Assembly (NCBI GenBank): GCA_041690395.1
Contig: JAWLHJ010000002.1
Span: 420,707 to 484,706 of the forward strand
From: Longimicrobiales bacterium
GTDB taxonomy: Bacteria; Gemmatimonadota; Gemmatimonadetes; Longimicrobiales; Gaopeijiaceae
Direction: 5' to 3'
Length of the DNA stretch: 64,000 nucleotides
The notes beneath the pieces were generated by a model, which was not told where the DNA came from, did no database searches, and saw nothing but the letters and a program-made list of their open reading frames with translations. Position 1 is the first letter of the stretch; each line of letters opens with the position of its first letter. A program made the position numbers and the translations under genes. Below are positions 26,557-36,170 of this stretch, piece by piece.

Positions 26557-27213
26557 TCAGCGTCCCCCCTCCCCGCGCTTCATCAGGGTGATGTGCTGCT
26601 CGGCCTGAGCCAGCCCACCCTCACCTTCCTGCCAGCCCACCCGGCCGTCCCCGTTCGCGTCGACGCCGGTCACCATCTGCTCGGTCAGCTCGGAGAGCTC
26701 CTGTAGCAGGTGCGCGGCATGGTCGGCGGATGTCGCGGCCATGATCTCCTCGGCCAGCGACGCGACGCGCTCGGCGCGCTCGGCAGCGGTCCGCGCCGCC
26801 GTAGCGACATGGGTGGCATGCGTCTGGACGTTCTCCGACGCCGTCTCGTGGTTTCCGGCCATCTCGATGTGCTGCACGACGCCCGCGGCGGCACGCACCA
26901 CGCCGTAGCCGGCTCCGGGACCCTGCTCGATCCTGGAAGGATCGACGGCGTGGAGCACATGACCCGCATGGCGCTGCATGGCCGCGAGCTCCGTCGTGTT
27001 CCGGAGAGCCAGCTCGGCGTGCTGCCGCGCCACGGCGGCCTCCGCGATCGCTGTGGGGAGGAGCCCCGCCCCTTCCGGCGTGTTCGCGAACCCGTCGGCC
27101 ACGTGGCCCATGTGGGCGTGCGCGGCCGACTGTTGCGCGGCCACCGGCATCGCCACCACGAGAAGCGCCGCCGTCAGCAGCGCTCCGCCCACCACGATTT
27201 CGTGCGTCTTCAT
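26557..27213 (-). CDS. Secreted His-rich helical hypothetical protein
   Basis: Signal peptide, repeated HxxH motifs, EF-hand-like DANGDG; GGAGG RBS. Confidence 0.75.
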   Translation of the reverse strand: MKTHEIVVGGALLTAALLVVAMPVAAQQSAAHAHMGHVADGFANTPEGAGLLPTAIAEAAVARQHAELALRNTTELAAMQRHAGHVLHAVDPSRIEQGPGAGYGVVRAAAGVVQHIEMAGNHETASENVQTHATHVATAARTAAERAERVASLAEEIMAATSADHAAHLLQELSELTEQMVTGVDANGDGRVGWQEGEGGLAQAEQHITLMKRGEGGR

Positions 27214-27255
27214 GTCGCCTCCCTCGCTGGATAAAGGTCTTCGTACTTCACAAGA

Positions 27256-27296
27256 GCGAGCCGGGGCCCGACGCTGACACGTCGGGCCCCGCTCGC
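27256..27296. terminator. GC-rich hairpin downstream of operon copy 1 (no U tract)
   Basis: CGGGGCCCGACG/CGTCGGGCCCCG stem, extended by GCGAG/CTCGC. Confidence 0.5.
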
Positions 27297-27318
27297 ACCA
27301 CCGTGACCCCGCCCCGAT

Positions 27319-29193
27319 TCAACAGCCGAGGCAGTTGTCGTTGTTCTTCGCTCCGAGGCCCTCCAGATAGGCGATCGCGCGCGGGAAAGGCTGCACCCGC
27401 TGCACCGGTCCGTTGGCCATGTCGACCGTCGTCTGACCCCGCCGGCTCACCGCGAGAGGATCGGCGCCACGCTCGACGAGGAACTGGAGCATCTCGACGT
27501 CACCGCGCGCCGCGGCGTTGTGCAGCGGCGTGTAGCCGTCGTGATCACGCGCATTTACGTCCGCTCCGAGCTCATCGACGAGATACCGCACCGCGGACAT
27601 CCACGCGTCCGGCACGTGGCGGTGCGAGTTGCCCGCGTACCCCGTTCCGTAGCCATGGCCCGTCGCAGCATGGATCGGGTAGACTCCCGGCCCGCCCACC
27701 TCGACAGGAGGCAGCCCGGACGGGTCGGTCCCGCCGTCGCCTCCGCCGCGGCGCCTCCGCTCCGGGGGCTTGCGCGTGGGGATCTGCGCGTCGGCGCCGG
27801 CGTCGACGAGCATCTGCATGGCAGGCACGTCCAGCGCGTGAGCGGCCCGCCAGAACGGCGTCGCGCCCCGCATGTCCACCCCGAGGTGGCTGAACGTGTA
27901 TTCCATGAACCAGAGATGCTTCGTGAGGCGGACGTTCGGGTCGGCCCCGGCCTCCAGGAGTCGGGCCATCACGTCGTGATGGGTGGCCTCCTGCTGCAGG
28001 TACGCCTGCTGCTGGGGATAGCGGGCCTTCGGTGCCCACTGCGTGTTGATCACCGCGAAGAGCGGCGTGGTACCGGCGTGGCTCGCCAGATTCGGGTCCG
28101 CCCCGCGTTCGATCAGCTCGAACATCATGTCGAAGTGACCGTTCATGGCCGCCATCAGCAGCGGGCTCGTGAGGTCACCACCGCTCGGCTGGTTGATGTC
28201 CGCGCCGGCATCGATGAGCCGGAACGCGATCTCGGCCTCACCTTCACGGACCGCGTGCAGCAGCGGGGTAAGACCGCCCTGCGCGCCGACGAGGGCCGGA
28301 TACGAGTTGTCGTACTCGTCGTCGTCGTCCATGTCGAGCGCGGCGTCCTCGGCGGCCGCCTGTGCCTCGGCGGCGTCCTGCGTCGGGTTGTCGGCCTGCA
28401 CCTGAGGCGGCGTGAACGCCGACCGCAAGGTCCGTAGCGACTCGTCGACTTCCTCGGCGGACAGCTCGCGAGCCTTGGCCAATGCGGCCTGGACCTCGGC
28501 GGGGTTCGGCAACCAGCCTTCCCCGCCCCCCGCGACCCGGTCACCCCGGAACTCCTCGAGCACCTCGTTCCGGAGCTGACCGGCGGCCCTGTCCTCCGCG
28601 GCGCGCTCGCGCATGTCGACCACGCCGGTCATGACGTTCACGTCGGCACCCGCCGCCAGCAGCGTCTCCACCGTGGCCAGGCGTCCCGCCGAGGCCGCGA
28701 ACATGAGCGGCGTCTGCCCCCAATGGCTTTCGCGTGCGTTGACGTCCGCCCCGTAGGCGATCAACGCCGCCACGGCTTCCTCGCTGGACGTGGAGGCCGC
28801 GAAATGAAGGGGCGTGCTGCCGCCGGTCGACGTCCGGGCGGCAGGGTCGGCTCCCGCTTCGAGCAGCTCTGCGACCACCGTCGCGTGGCCGCCGCGCGCC
28901 GCGATGTGCAACGGCGTGTAATCTCCGAGCCGCGTCTTGGGCGACACGCTCGCGCCTGCCTCGATGAGCCGCGCGGCCATCTCGGCGTGCCCCTGCTCGG
29001 CCGCCCAGTGGAGCGCGGTCATGCCGTCGCCCTGGGCCGCGTCCAGGTCGGCGCCCTGACGGATCAGCGCCTCGACCCGTGCCAGGTCACCCTGCATGGC
29101 CGCGTCGGCGACGGGGGCCTCGGGCGGCGCCGACCCCCAGAGGAGGAGCGTCACGAGGAGCGCTCCCAGGGGGTGGATGTGTAGCGTCTTCAC
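27319..29193 (-). CDS. Exported ankyrin-repeat protein with C-terminal CxxC (copy 1)
   Basis: Signal peptide; GMTALHWAA, YTPLHIAA, GQTPLMFAA and GYTPLHNAA repeats; ends NNDNCLGC; GTG start 3 nt from upstream stop. Confidence 0.9.
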   Translation of the reverse strand: MKTLHIHPLGALLVTLLLWGSAPPEAPVADAAMQGDLARVEALIRQGADLDAAQGDGMTALHWAAEQGHAEMAARLIEAGASVSPKTRLGDYTPLHIAARGGHATVVAELLEAGADPAARTSTGGSTPLHFAASTSSEEAVAALIAYGADVNARESHWGQTPLMFAASAGRLATVETLLAAGADVNVMTGVVDMRERAAEDRAAGQLRNEVLEEFRGDRVAGGGEGWLPNPAEVQAALAKARELSAEEVDESLRTLRSAFTPPQVQADNPTQDAAEAQAAAEDAALDMDDDDEYDNSYPALVGAQGGLTPLLHAVREGEAEIAFRLIDAGADINQPSGGDLTSPLLMAAMNGHFDMMFELIERGADPNLASHAGTTPLFAVINTQWAPKARYPQQQAYLQQEATHHDVMARLLEAGADPNVRLTKHLWFMEYTFSHLGVDMRGATPFWRAAHALDVPAMQMLVDAGADAQIPTRKPPERRRRGGGDGGTDPSGLPPVEVGGPGVYPIHAATGHGYGTGYAGNSHRHVPDAWMSAVRYLVDELGADVNARDHDGYTPLHNAAARGDVEMLQFLVERGADPLAVSRRGQTTVDMANGPVQRVQPFPRAIAYLEGLGAKNNDNCLGC

Positions 29194-29195
29194 GT

Positions 29196-30611
29196 TCAGC
29201 GACCCATCGCCGCCGAGACCGACGGGGCGCCGAACGAGAACTCGCCGGTGCTGTCGCCGAAGCTCTCGAAGTCGTCCATACCGAGCTTGTGCATCAGGCT
29301 GAGCATGGCGTTCGCCATGGGCGTGCCGTCGGGAGCGCGAAGGTGCATGTTCCCCTCGAGCTGCCCGTTCGCGCCGCCCAGCACGATGAGCGGAGCCCTG
29401 CGATGGTTGTGCAGGTTCCCGTCCGCCATCGGCGAGCCGTACATGATCATCGTCTTGTCGAGCATGGTCTTGTCGCCTTCCTGGATCTTGCTGAGGCTCT
29501 CCAGGAAGTACGGCAGCATGCTCACGTGGTAGCTGTTGATCTTCGCGAAGTCGAGGATGCGGTCCTCGACGCCACCGTGGTGCGACGCCGGGTGGAACGG
29601 CGTGTCGGTGCCGCTCTCCGGGTAGACCCGCGCCGACGAGTCGCGACCCATCTTGAACGAGAAGACGCGCGTCACGTCCGATTCGAACGCGAGCGCCTGC
29701 ACGTCGAACATGAGGCGGACATGGTCCTCGAACGAATCCGGGACGCCGGCCGGCGCCTCGGGAAGCTCGCGGGCCTCTCCGCTGGTGTTCTGGGTTTCGA
29801 CCAACTCGATACGGCGCTCCAGCTCGCGAACGTTGTCGAGGTACCGGTCGAGCCGGTCGCGGTCGTTCGGACCGAGGTCCCGGCGCAACTCGCTCACGCG
29901 TCCCGACACCCAATCCAGGATGCTGCTCCCGGTCCTGCGGCGCAGGGCCCGCTCCTCCGCGGTGCCGCCCGCGCCGAAGAGCTGCTCGAAGGCCACGCGC
30001 GGATCGCGGATGACCGGGAGCGGCTCGGTGGGTGACGCCCAGCTGATCGAGTCGGTGTAGACACAGGTGTAGCCGTAGGCACAGCCGCCGGACTGATCGA
30101 TGTTCTCGATGCAGAGCTGCATCGAGGGGATCGGCGTGCTCTGCCCGAACCGCTGTGCGTACATCTGGTCCAGCGACGTCCCGACGTACACGTCGGACCC
30201 TTCCGTCTGCTTCGGATGCGACTGGGTCAGGAAGACCGCGCTGGAGCGGAAGTGATCGCCCCCGATCTCCTTCGGCTCGAAGGCCTCGGCCATGCGGACG
30301 TCGGTGTTGCTCACGATCGTCAGGTAGTTCCGCCACTCCTCGAGTGACCGGAGCGACGTCGGTGCGAGGTCGAAGTTCCGACCGACCTCGCCGGGCGCCC
30401 ACAGATTCTGCGTCGCGCCCCACTCGTTGCAACCCGCGGCTCCGTGCACCATCTCGATGGCGACCAACCGGGTCGCGTCGAGCTCGGCGGCCGCGCTGGA
30501 CCACCCGCGTCCCGCGGGAACCATCGCGTCGAGGAACGGCAACGCGACGGACGCACCCATTCCCTGAAGGAAGGTGCGGCGGGGAAGATGCTTTCCGGTG
30601 ATGAACTCCAT
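29196..30611 (-). CDS. DUF1552 (HxxSHH) protein with Tat-like signal (copy 1)
   Basis: LPRRTFLQG...LPFLDAM, FHPASHH, NLHNH. Confidence 0.9.
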   Translation of the reverse strand: MEFITGKHLPRRTFLQGMGASVALPFLDAMVPAGRGWSSAAAELDATRLVAIEMVHGAAGCNEWGATQNLWAPGEVGRNFDLAPTSLRSLEEWRNYLTIVSNTDVRMAEAFEPKEIGGDHFRSSAVFLTQSHPKQTEGSDVYVGTSLDQMYAQRFGQSTPIPSMQLCIENIDQSGGCAYGYTCVYTDSISWASPTEPLPVIRDPRVAFEQLFGAGGTAEERALRRRTGSSILDWVSGRVSELRRDLGPNDRDRLDRYLDNVRELERRIELVETQNTSGEARELPEAPAGVPDSFEDHVRLMFDVQALAFESDVTRVFSFKMGRDSSARVYPESGTDTPFHPASHHGGVEDRILDFAKINSYHVSMLPYFLESLSKIQEGDKTMLDKTMIMYGSPMADGNLHNHRRAPLIVLGGANGQLEGNMHLRAPDGTPMANAMLSLMHKLGMDDFESFGDSTGEFSFGAPSVSAAMGR

Positions 30612-30653
30612 GATGGTCGCTCTCCTAGAACGCTGCTGAAAAACCGCTTGCGG

Positions 30654-33122
30654 TCACTGTTGTCTTTCGTTGGCGGCCACGTCCGTGGCCTGGCCGGCCC
30701 TCTGCATCTGGAAGGCATCGCTTTCCACGACGCCCTTCACGAAGGACGAGATGCTGTAGCCTTCGTCCTTCGCCTCGCTGACGATCTGCCGGACCGTGGG
30801 CTGGTCGTAGTACTCGACGCGCCGCCCCAGGGCATAGGCCATGAGGTTCGACGTGAACGAGCGGACCAGCAGCACCTCCCGGTCGAGCAGCGCCTGCTGC
30901 AGCGACAAGGGGCTCGTGACCGGCGTGCCGTCGTACAGCTCACCGTTCGTGTCGAGCTGGACGCCGCCCTCCTTGATCCGCCACTGCCCGGTCACGTCGA
31001 AGTTGTCGAGCGCGAGGCCAATCGGGTCGATGAACCGGTGACATGCGTTGCAGGTCGGGTTCGCCCGGTGAACCTCCATGCGCTCCTTCGTCGTGAGCAT
31101 CCGGCCTTCCGTGGCCTCGTCCGACGTCTCCTCGAGCGGCGGCACGCCCGGCGGCGGCGGCGGCGGCGGCGTGCCCATGACGACCTCCATGACCCACTTG
31201 CCTCGCAGCACGGGCGATGTCCGTCCCGCGTGGGAGGTGAGCGTCAGGACGCTCCCGTGGCCCAGGATTCCCCGGCGGGCGGAGTCCTCGGGATACTCGA
31301 CGAGACGGAACCGGTCGCCGGTCACGCCGCGAATCCCGTAGTGCCGGGCCAACCGCTCGTTCATGAAGCTGTAGTCCGCCGTGTAGAGCTCGAAGACGCT
31401 CCGGTCTTCCCGGACCAGGTGGTCGAACAGCAGCTCGGTCTCGCGCCGCATGGCGTCCTTGAGCTGCTCATGGAAGTCCGGGAACATCAGACGATCCGGA
31501 TGCACCTTCTCCAGGTCGTCGAGTCGGAGCCACTGCGCCGCGAAGCGGGTCGCCAGTGCCTCGGACCTCGGGTCGGCGAGAAGCCGGTCGACCTGCGCCT
31601 CGAGCGTGGCGGGATCGGACAGGCGTTCCTCCGCGGCCAGCCGCAGGAGCTCCTCGTCGGGGGGCAGCGCCCACATGAAGTACGAAAGGCGCGCGGCCAG
31701 GTCGACGTCGCTGATCCGGTACAGATCGCCGACCTCGACGTCCGCCGGGGCCTCCTCGAAGCGGAAGATGAAGTCCGGGCTGGCGAGCAGGGCCTCCACG
31801 ACCGTGCGGACACCCACCTCGAAGCCACCCTCATCGTAGCCGAGATCGTAGAACCCCATGAGGGACTCACGGTCCCGATCCGTCAGCGGACGACGGAACG
31901 CCTGCGGTCCGAGCCGCTCGACGATCTCGGCGGCACAGGGGCGCTCCTCGGACTCGGTCTCCGGCCGGCAGTTCAGAACCCGCTGGCGGCTCGGCGTCTC
32001 GGACACGCCCTGCACGTTGAAAGGCCCGCCGACGATGAGGTCCTTCATGTGGGCCGGCGTCGTCAGGCCGTAGCCACTCACGCCGATCTGTCGGTCCGTC
32101 AGGGACCAGTCGTGCGGCGACAGGACGTCCTCGATCGGGCCCTCGTTCTGCTTCAGGAACGCGGCCGTCACGCGGTGCGGCCCGGCCGTCAGGAAGATCG
32201 GCTCCTCGAGCTCCATCTGGACGCCGTTCGGATCGGACACGTCCATCCACCGGTCGAACGCGATGACCGCCTTGCGCTCACCGTCGACGGAGACCTCGAT
32301 GTCCTCGTCCTTGTACGTGCCGCCGAAGACGCCACCGGTGGTGGTGTGCTCGAACGTCATCCGGATGGTGTACTCACCGTCGGCCGGGAAGTTGTGGACG
32401 ACGCTGATGCCACCCCGCGTCCCGTACGGCGCCCCCTCGACCCGCTCCCACTGGGACGCGTAGCCGGGGTTCGTGAACGTGACGGAAATCGGAGTCGCGT
32501 CGGGATTCCCCATGGCCAGGCGACTCACTTCCGCCGCGGCGTTCATGTAGGAGTTGATCAGCGTCGGCGACAGCATCTGCACATCGGCGATGTTGTCGAA
32601 GTTGGCACTCTTGGTGTCGAGCGGGAGGTAGTCGGACGCGTCGATGTCGAGCGCCAGCAGGTCGCGTACCGAACGCTCATACTCGGCCCGGTTGAGCCGC
32701 TGGAACGTCCGCGAGCCGGGGTTCGGGTTCGTGCTCGCGACCTCGTCGATGCGCGACTCGAGCGACATGGCGAGCGCCTGGAGGGTGTCACCAGCGGGCC
32801 GGCGGGCTCCGGGCGGGGGCATCATGCCGGCACGCAGCTTGACGATGACCTTCTCGCTCAGCGCCGCATCCGCCTCGGGTGAACCGGCATCGTATCCCTC
32901 GAGCGACAGGTTGCCCTGGAGCCGACGGTCGCTGTGGCACCGGACGCAGTACTGCTCGATGACTTCGTCGTTGGAAAGGTCGGACGCGAGCGCCGCGACC
33001 GACGCGGAATGCTCGCTGGCCGGGTCGGCCGGCAAGTCCGCCGAGGCGGGAGCATCGTTCACGCTCCCCGCGTACACGGTCAGGATACCTAGTGCCGCGA
33101 TGGTCGCGGAGACTGTCTTCAT
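30654..33122 (-). CDS. DUF1587/1595/1592/1588/1585-type protein with two c-heme motifs (copy 1)
   Basis: CVRCH, KLRAGMMPP, RLNRAEYE, RLSYFMW, QWLRL, TSPVLRGKW, CNACH, YALGR; GGAGG RBS. Confidence 0.9.
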   Translation of the reverse strand: MKTVSATIAALGILTVYAGSVNDAPASADLPADPASEHSASVAALASDLSNDEVIEQYCVRCHSDRRLQGNLSLEGYDAGSPEADAALSEKVIVKLRAGMMPPPGARRPAGDTLQALAMSLESRIDEVASTNPNPGSRTFQRLNRAEYERSVRDLLALDIDASDYLPLDTKSANFDNIADVQMLSPTLINSYMNAAAEVSRLAMGNPDATPISVTFTNPGYASQWERVEGAPYGTRGGISVVHNFPADGEYTIRMTFEHTTTGGVFGGTYKDEDIEVSVDGERKAVIAFDRWMDVSDPNGVQMELEEPIFLTAGPHRVTAAFLKQNEGPIEDVLSPHDWSLTDRQIGVSGYGLTTPAHMKDLIVGGPFNVQGVSETPSRQRVLNCRPETESEERPCAAEIVERLGPQAFRRPLTDRDRESLMGFYDLGYDEGGFEVGVRTVVEALLASPDFIFRFEEAPADVEVGDLYRISDVDLAARLSYFMWALPPDEELLRLAAEERLSDPATLEAQVDRLLADPRSEALATRFAAQWLRLDDLEKVHPDRLMFPDFHEQLKDAMRRETELLFDHLVREDRSVFELYTADYSFMNERLARHYGIRGVTGDRFRLVEYPEDSARRGILGHGSVLTLTSHAGRTSPVLRGKWVMEVVMGTPPPPPPPGVPPLEETSDEATEGRMLTTKERMEVHRANPTCNACHRFIDPIGLALDNFDVTGQWRIKEGGVQLDTNGELYDGTPVTSPLSLQQALLDREVLLVRSFTSNLMAYALGRRVEYYDQPTVRQIVSEAKDEGYSISSFVKGVVESDAFQMQRAGQATDVAANERQQ

Positions 33123-33260
33123 CCGGCCTCCAATTGGCCTGCTGCGACCTCCCACCGGGTGAGCGCACCCTGGGGGTGGGAAGTCTCTATCGAGGACGCG
33201 GCGACGCATGCCTTATCGCATGCCCCACCGCGAAACATTCCGAGTCCTGTCCGAAACCTG

Positions 33261-33290
33261 ATTATACGGGGCCGGCTTCGGTCACGCCAA
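33261..33290 (-). promoter_or_regulatory. Promoter TTGGCG-N18-TATAAT for operon copy 1
   Basis: Perfect TATAAT on minus strand (33266-33261), about 140 nt upstream of the start codon. Confidence 0.65.
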
Positions 33291-33452
33291 GCTCCCCGCG
33301 AGCCGGTCCGGGCCGTTTCGATCCCGTACCAATACAGACACGGCCGGGACCCGGAGCGTTGAAGCTCGAAGCGCCCCGGGTCCGGCCGTCGCACCGCGCG
33401 GACGAAGGCCGGCGATGCCGAGCGTCTCCTCCCACGGCGGGACCTCACGACT

Positions 33453-33719
33453 TCAGTCGTGTCCGTGCCGGTCGTGGCTCTGTTCGTACTGGAGCTGCGC
33501 GTGCATGCGCTCCTGGCCCTGCGCCGCGTCGCGCTTCTTCGCGGCTCTCATGGCCAGGTCGTGCGTCGCGTCGGACTTCACCGCTGGGGTCGAGAGCACC
33601 CGCTCCACCGCGGAACTGTCGCACGACGGGCAGGACGCGCCCGCGTCCTCACCGACCTTGCGCACGAAGATCTCGAACCGGTTTCCACACTCCTGGCAGG
33701 AGTATTCGTAGATAGGTAT
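33453..33719 (-). CDS. FmdB-family zinc-ribbon protein, apparent ATA start
   Basis: (M)PIYEYSCQECGNRFE...CPSC...VERVLS; GAGGA 7 nt before ATA. Confidence 0.85.
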   Translation of the reverse strand: MPIYEYSCQECGNRFEIFVRKVGEDAGASCPSCDSSAVERVLSTPAVKSDATHDLAMRAAKKRDAAQGQERMHAQLQYEQSHDRHGHD

Positions 33720-33873
33720 GATGTCATCCTCACGTCGAAGGTACCCGAGCCTTACACACCCCAAAGGTACACGGCTCATTCGAGGGAGTGCCGCGCAACA
33801 CTGGCACCCCGTCGCGGGTAGAAACAGCACAGCCGCCATCAAGAGCGACCGAACCGTCGGAGGAATCACAACA

Positions 33874-34275
33874 ATGGACACCCGTACCGCCCGCTTCCGC
33901 TTCCTGGGAACGGCGCTGCTCACCGCATCGCTCGCCGTTTCCGCACCCGCGGCCGAGGTCCAGGCCCAGGCGGAACAGACCGCGGAGAGCACGAGCCTCA
34001 CGGACGAGCGGCTGACCCAGTACGCCACTCTGCACCTGGCCATCAACGAGGCCCGTGACGAGTTCCAGGCGTCCAAGGCCTCCGTTCACGATTTCGAAGC
34101 CCGCGAGCGGCTCCGTGAAGAGATGGACGAACGGCTCCACGGGCTCTACGAAGAGCACGGAATGACCAAGGAGGAGTACGACGGCATCACCTTCCTGGTC
34201 AGCATCGACAACGACGTCCGGAGCCGCCTCGAGGAGATCATCGCCACCTTGAACGCGACCGACGACGATCGCTGA
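33874..34275 (+). CDS. Secreted helical protein, DUF4168-like
   Basis: Signal peptide, LTDERLTQY, EEHGMTKEEY; GGAGG RBS. Confidence 0.7.
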   Translation: MDTRTARFRFLGTALLTASLAVSAPAAEVQAQAEQTAESTSLTDERLTQYATLHLAINEARDEFQASKASVHDFEARERLREEMDERLHGLYEEHGMTKEEYDGITFLVSIDNDVRSRLEEIIATLNATDDDR

Positions 34276-34301
34276 CGAGGGCGTCCTCCGAGGCCGCTCG
34301 T

Positions 34302-34352
34302 GAAAAGCGAAAGCCCCCGTCGACCAGTGGTCGACGGGGGCTTTCGCCTTTC
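34302..34352. terminator. Bidirectional intrinsic terminator with perfect 20-bp arms
   Basis: GCGAAAGCCCCCGTCGACCA-G-TGGTCGACGGGGGCTTTCGC (34307-34347), with A- and T-rich flanks, between convergent genes. Confidence 0.85.
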
Positions 34353-34375
34353 TGCCTTCTGGCGCGCGGCTCAGC

Positions 34376-36160
34376 TCAGCAGGAGACGCAGTTGTTGTTG
34401 TTCACGGCCCCGAGGCTCTCGAGGAGTCGGATGGTCTCCGGGAACGGCGTGATTCGCTGGACCGGGCCGTTCGCCATGTCGACCGTGGTCTGACCCCGTC
34501 GGCTCACGGCCATGACGTCGGCGCCCTTCTCGACGAGATACATGATCATCTCGTTGTCACCCCGGGCGGCCGCATGGTGCACGGCGTTGTATCCGTTGTG
34601 GTCGCGCTGGTTCACGTCGGCGCCCAGCTCCTCCACCAGATACCGCATGGCCGGCATCCAGGCGCCGGGAACGTGCCTGTGGATGTTCGCGGCGAAGCCC
34701 TCGCCGTATCCGACACCGGCCGCGGCGTGGATCGGATATACGCCCGGTCCACCCACGGGTATCTCCGGCAGCCCCGACGGGTCCGCGACATCCTCCAATC
34801 CCGGGCCGTCGAGCTGCCCCCGGTCGCTGCCACGCCGCCGCGGTTCCGGCTTCCGGGTGGGAACGCCCGGATCGGCGCCGTGCTCCACGAGCAGCTTCAT
34901 CGCCTCCACATCGAGCGCGTAGGCGGCGCGCCAGAACGGGGTGGCTCCCATGCGGTCTACGCCGAGATAGTCCCCGCCCCAAGAGGTGAACCAGAGCTGC
35001 TTCTTCAAGCGGACGTTCGGATCGACCCCCGCCGCCAGCAGCGCCTCCATGACGTCGAGGTAGCTCGCCTGCTGCTGCATGTAGTGGGTCGGCTGCGGAT
35101 GCCGCGCCTTCGGGATCCACTGCGTGTTGATCACCGTGTAGAGCGCCGTGGCCCCCGCGTCGTTCGCGAGGTGCGGGTCGGCGCCACGCTGGAGCAACTC
35201 CATCGCGAGATCGAAGTGACCGTTGATCGTGGCCATCACGAGCGGGGTCGTTCCATCGCCGCCACTCGCCCCGTTGATGTCGGCCCCTGCCTCGATGAGC
35301 GCGAGCGCCCCTTCGACGCTCCCCTCCCTCACGGCCATGAGCAGCGCGGTGAGGCCGCCGTATCCCCCGATCAGCTGGGCATCGGAGAAGGAGAGGGACT
35401 CAGGCTGCGCGGTGTCGTCGGTCGCGCCTCGCTGGACCGCACGCGGCGGAGTGAGCGACGCGCCACGGGCGGCGGCGCGGGGGCGCTCGCTGCGGCGGGC
35501 TTCCTCGCGCGCCCGTTGGTCGGCCCGGTCCTCGGCCTCCCGCGTCGGCATGTCCAGCACGAACGCGCGCAGTTCGGGGTCGGCCCCGTGCTCCAGGAGC
35601 GCGCGTACGACATCGCCGCGGCCAGCGGCGGCCGCGAACATCAGGGGGGTCTGTCCCCAGCGTGACTCGCGGGCGTTCGGGTCGCCGCCATGCTCCAACA
35701 GCGTGAGCGCGGCGGCCGGATCGGCCGCGGCGGCGGCGAAGTGCAGCGGCGTCACCGAGCCGGTCGTGGTCGCCGACGACGGAGCCGCACCACCCCCGAG
35801 CAGGGCCCGCAGGATGACCGTGTTGCCTGCCCGGGCGGCCAGGTGCGTCGGCGTGTAGGCGCCGAGCCTGGTCACCGGGTCGAGATCGGCGCCCGCTTCG
35901 ATGAGCAGAAGCGCGACCTCCTCGTCACCCCGCTCGGCCGCCCAGTGCAGCGCGGTCATGCCGTCGCCCTGGGCCGCGTCGGGGTCTCCGCCCTGCTCGA
36001 GCAGCGTGCGCACGGCCTCGGCGTCGCCGCGCATGGCCGCGTCGGCCACCGGTGCCTCGGGAGGCGTGGCCGCCGACAGGGCCAACGTCGTGACCAGGAG
36101 TACTCCGAACGAGCGGAGCCATCTGGCTCCCGTCCGGTCCATCATGGAGGACATGCTCAT
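34376..36160 (-). CDS. Exported ankyrin-repeat protein with C-terminal CxxC (copy 2)
   Basis: Paralog of 27319-29193 (PPEAPVADAAM, AAQGDGMTALHWAAE, VSRRGQTTVDMANGPVQR); ends NNNNCVSC. Confidence 0.9.
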   Translation of the reverse strand: MSMSSMMDRTGARWLRSFGVLLVTTLALSAATPPEAPVADAAMRGDAEAVRTLLEQGGDPDAAQGDGMTALHWAAERGDEEVALLLIEAGADLDPVTRLGAYTPTHLAARAGNTVILRALLGGGAAPSSATTTGSVTPLHFAAAAADPAAALTLLEHGGDPNARESRWGQTPLMFAAAAGRGDVVRALLEHGADPELRAFVLDMPTREAEDRADQRAREEARRSERPRAAARGASLTPPRAVQRGATDDTAQPESLSFSDAQLIGGYGGLTALLMAVREGSVEGALALIEAGADINGASGGDGTTPLVMATINGHFDLAMELLQRGADPHLANDAGATALYTVINTQWIPKARHPQPTHYMQQQASYLDVMEALLAAGVDPNVRLKKQLWFTSWGGDYLGVDRMGATPFWRAAYALDVEAMKLLVEHGADPGVPTRKPEPRRRGSDRGQLDGPGLEDVADPSGLPEIPVGGPGVYPIHAAAGVGYGEGFAANIHRHVPGAWMPAMRYLVEELGADVNQRDHNGYNAVHHAAARGDNEMIMYLVEKGADVMAVSRRGQTTVDMANGPVQRITPFPETIRLLESLGAVNNNNCVSC

Positions 36161-36170
36161 CGACGGCTCC

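Noticed and set aside
27319..30504. 1061-aa ORF in the track as one protein
   Set aside because: The N-terminal ~437 aa is an off-frame shadow over the DUF1552 gene; the real ankyrin gene starts at about 29193, as the paralog shows.
31150..31170. (GGC)n microsatellite, also at about 38094-38114, as a contingency locus
   Set aside because: Encodes the poly-Pro motif of the DUF1592-type proteins, with the same length (7 Pro) in both copies.
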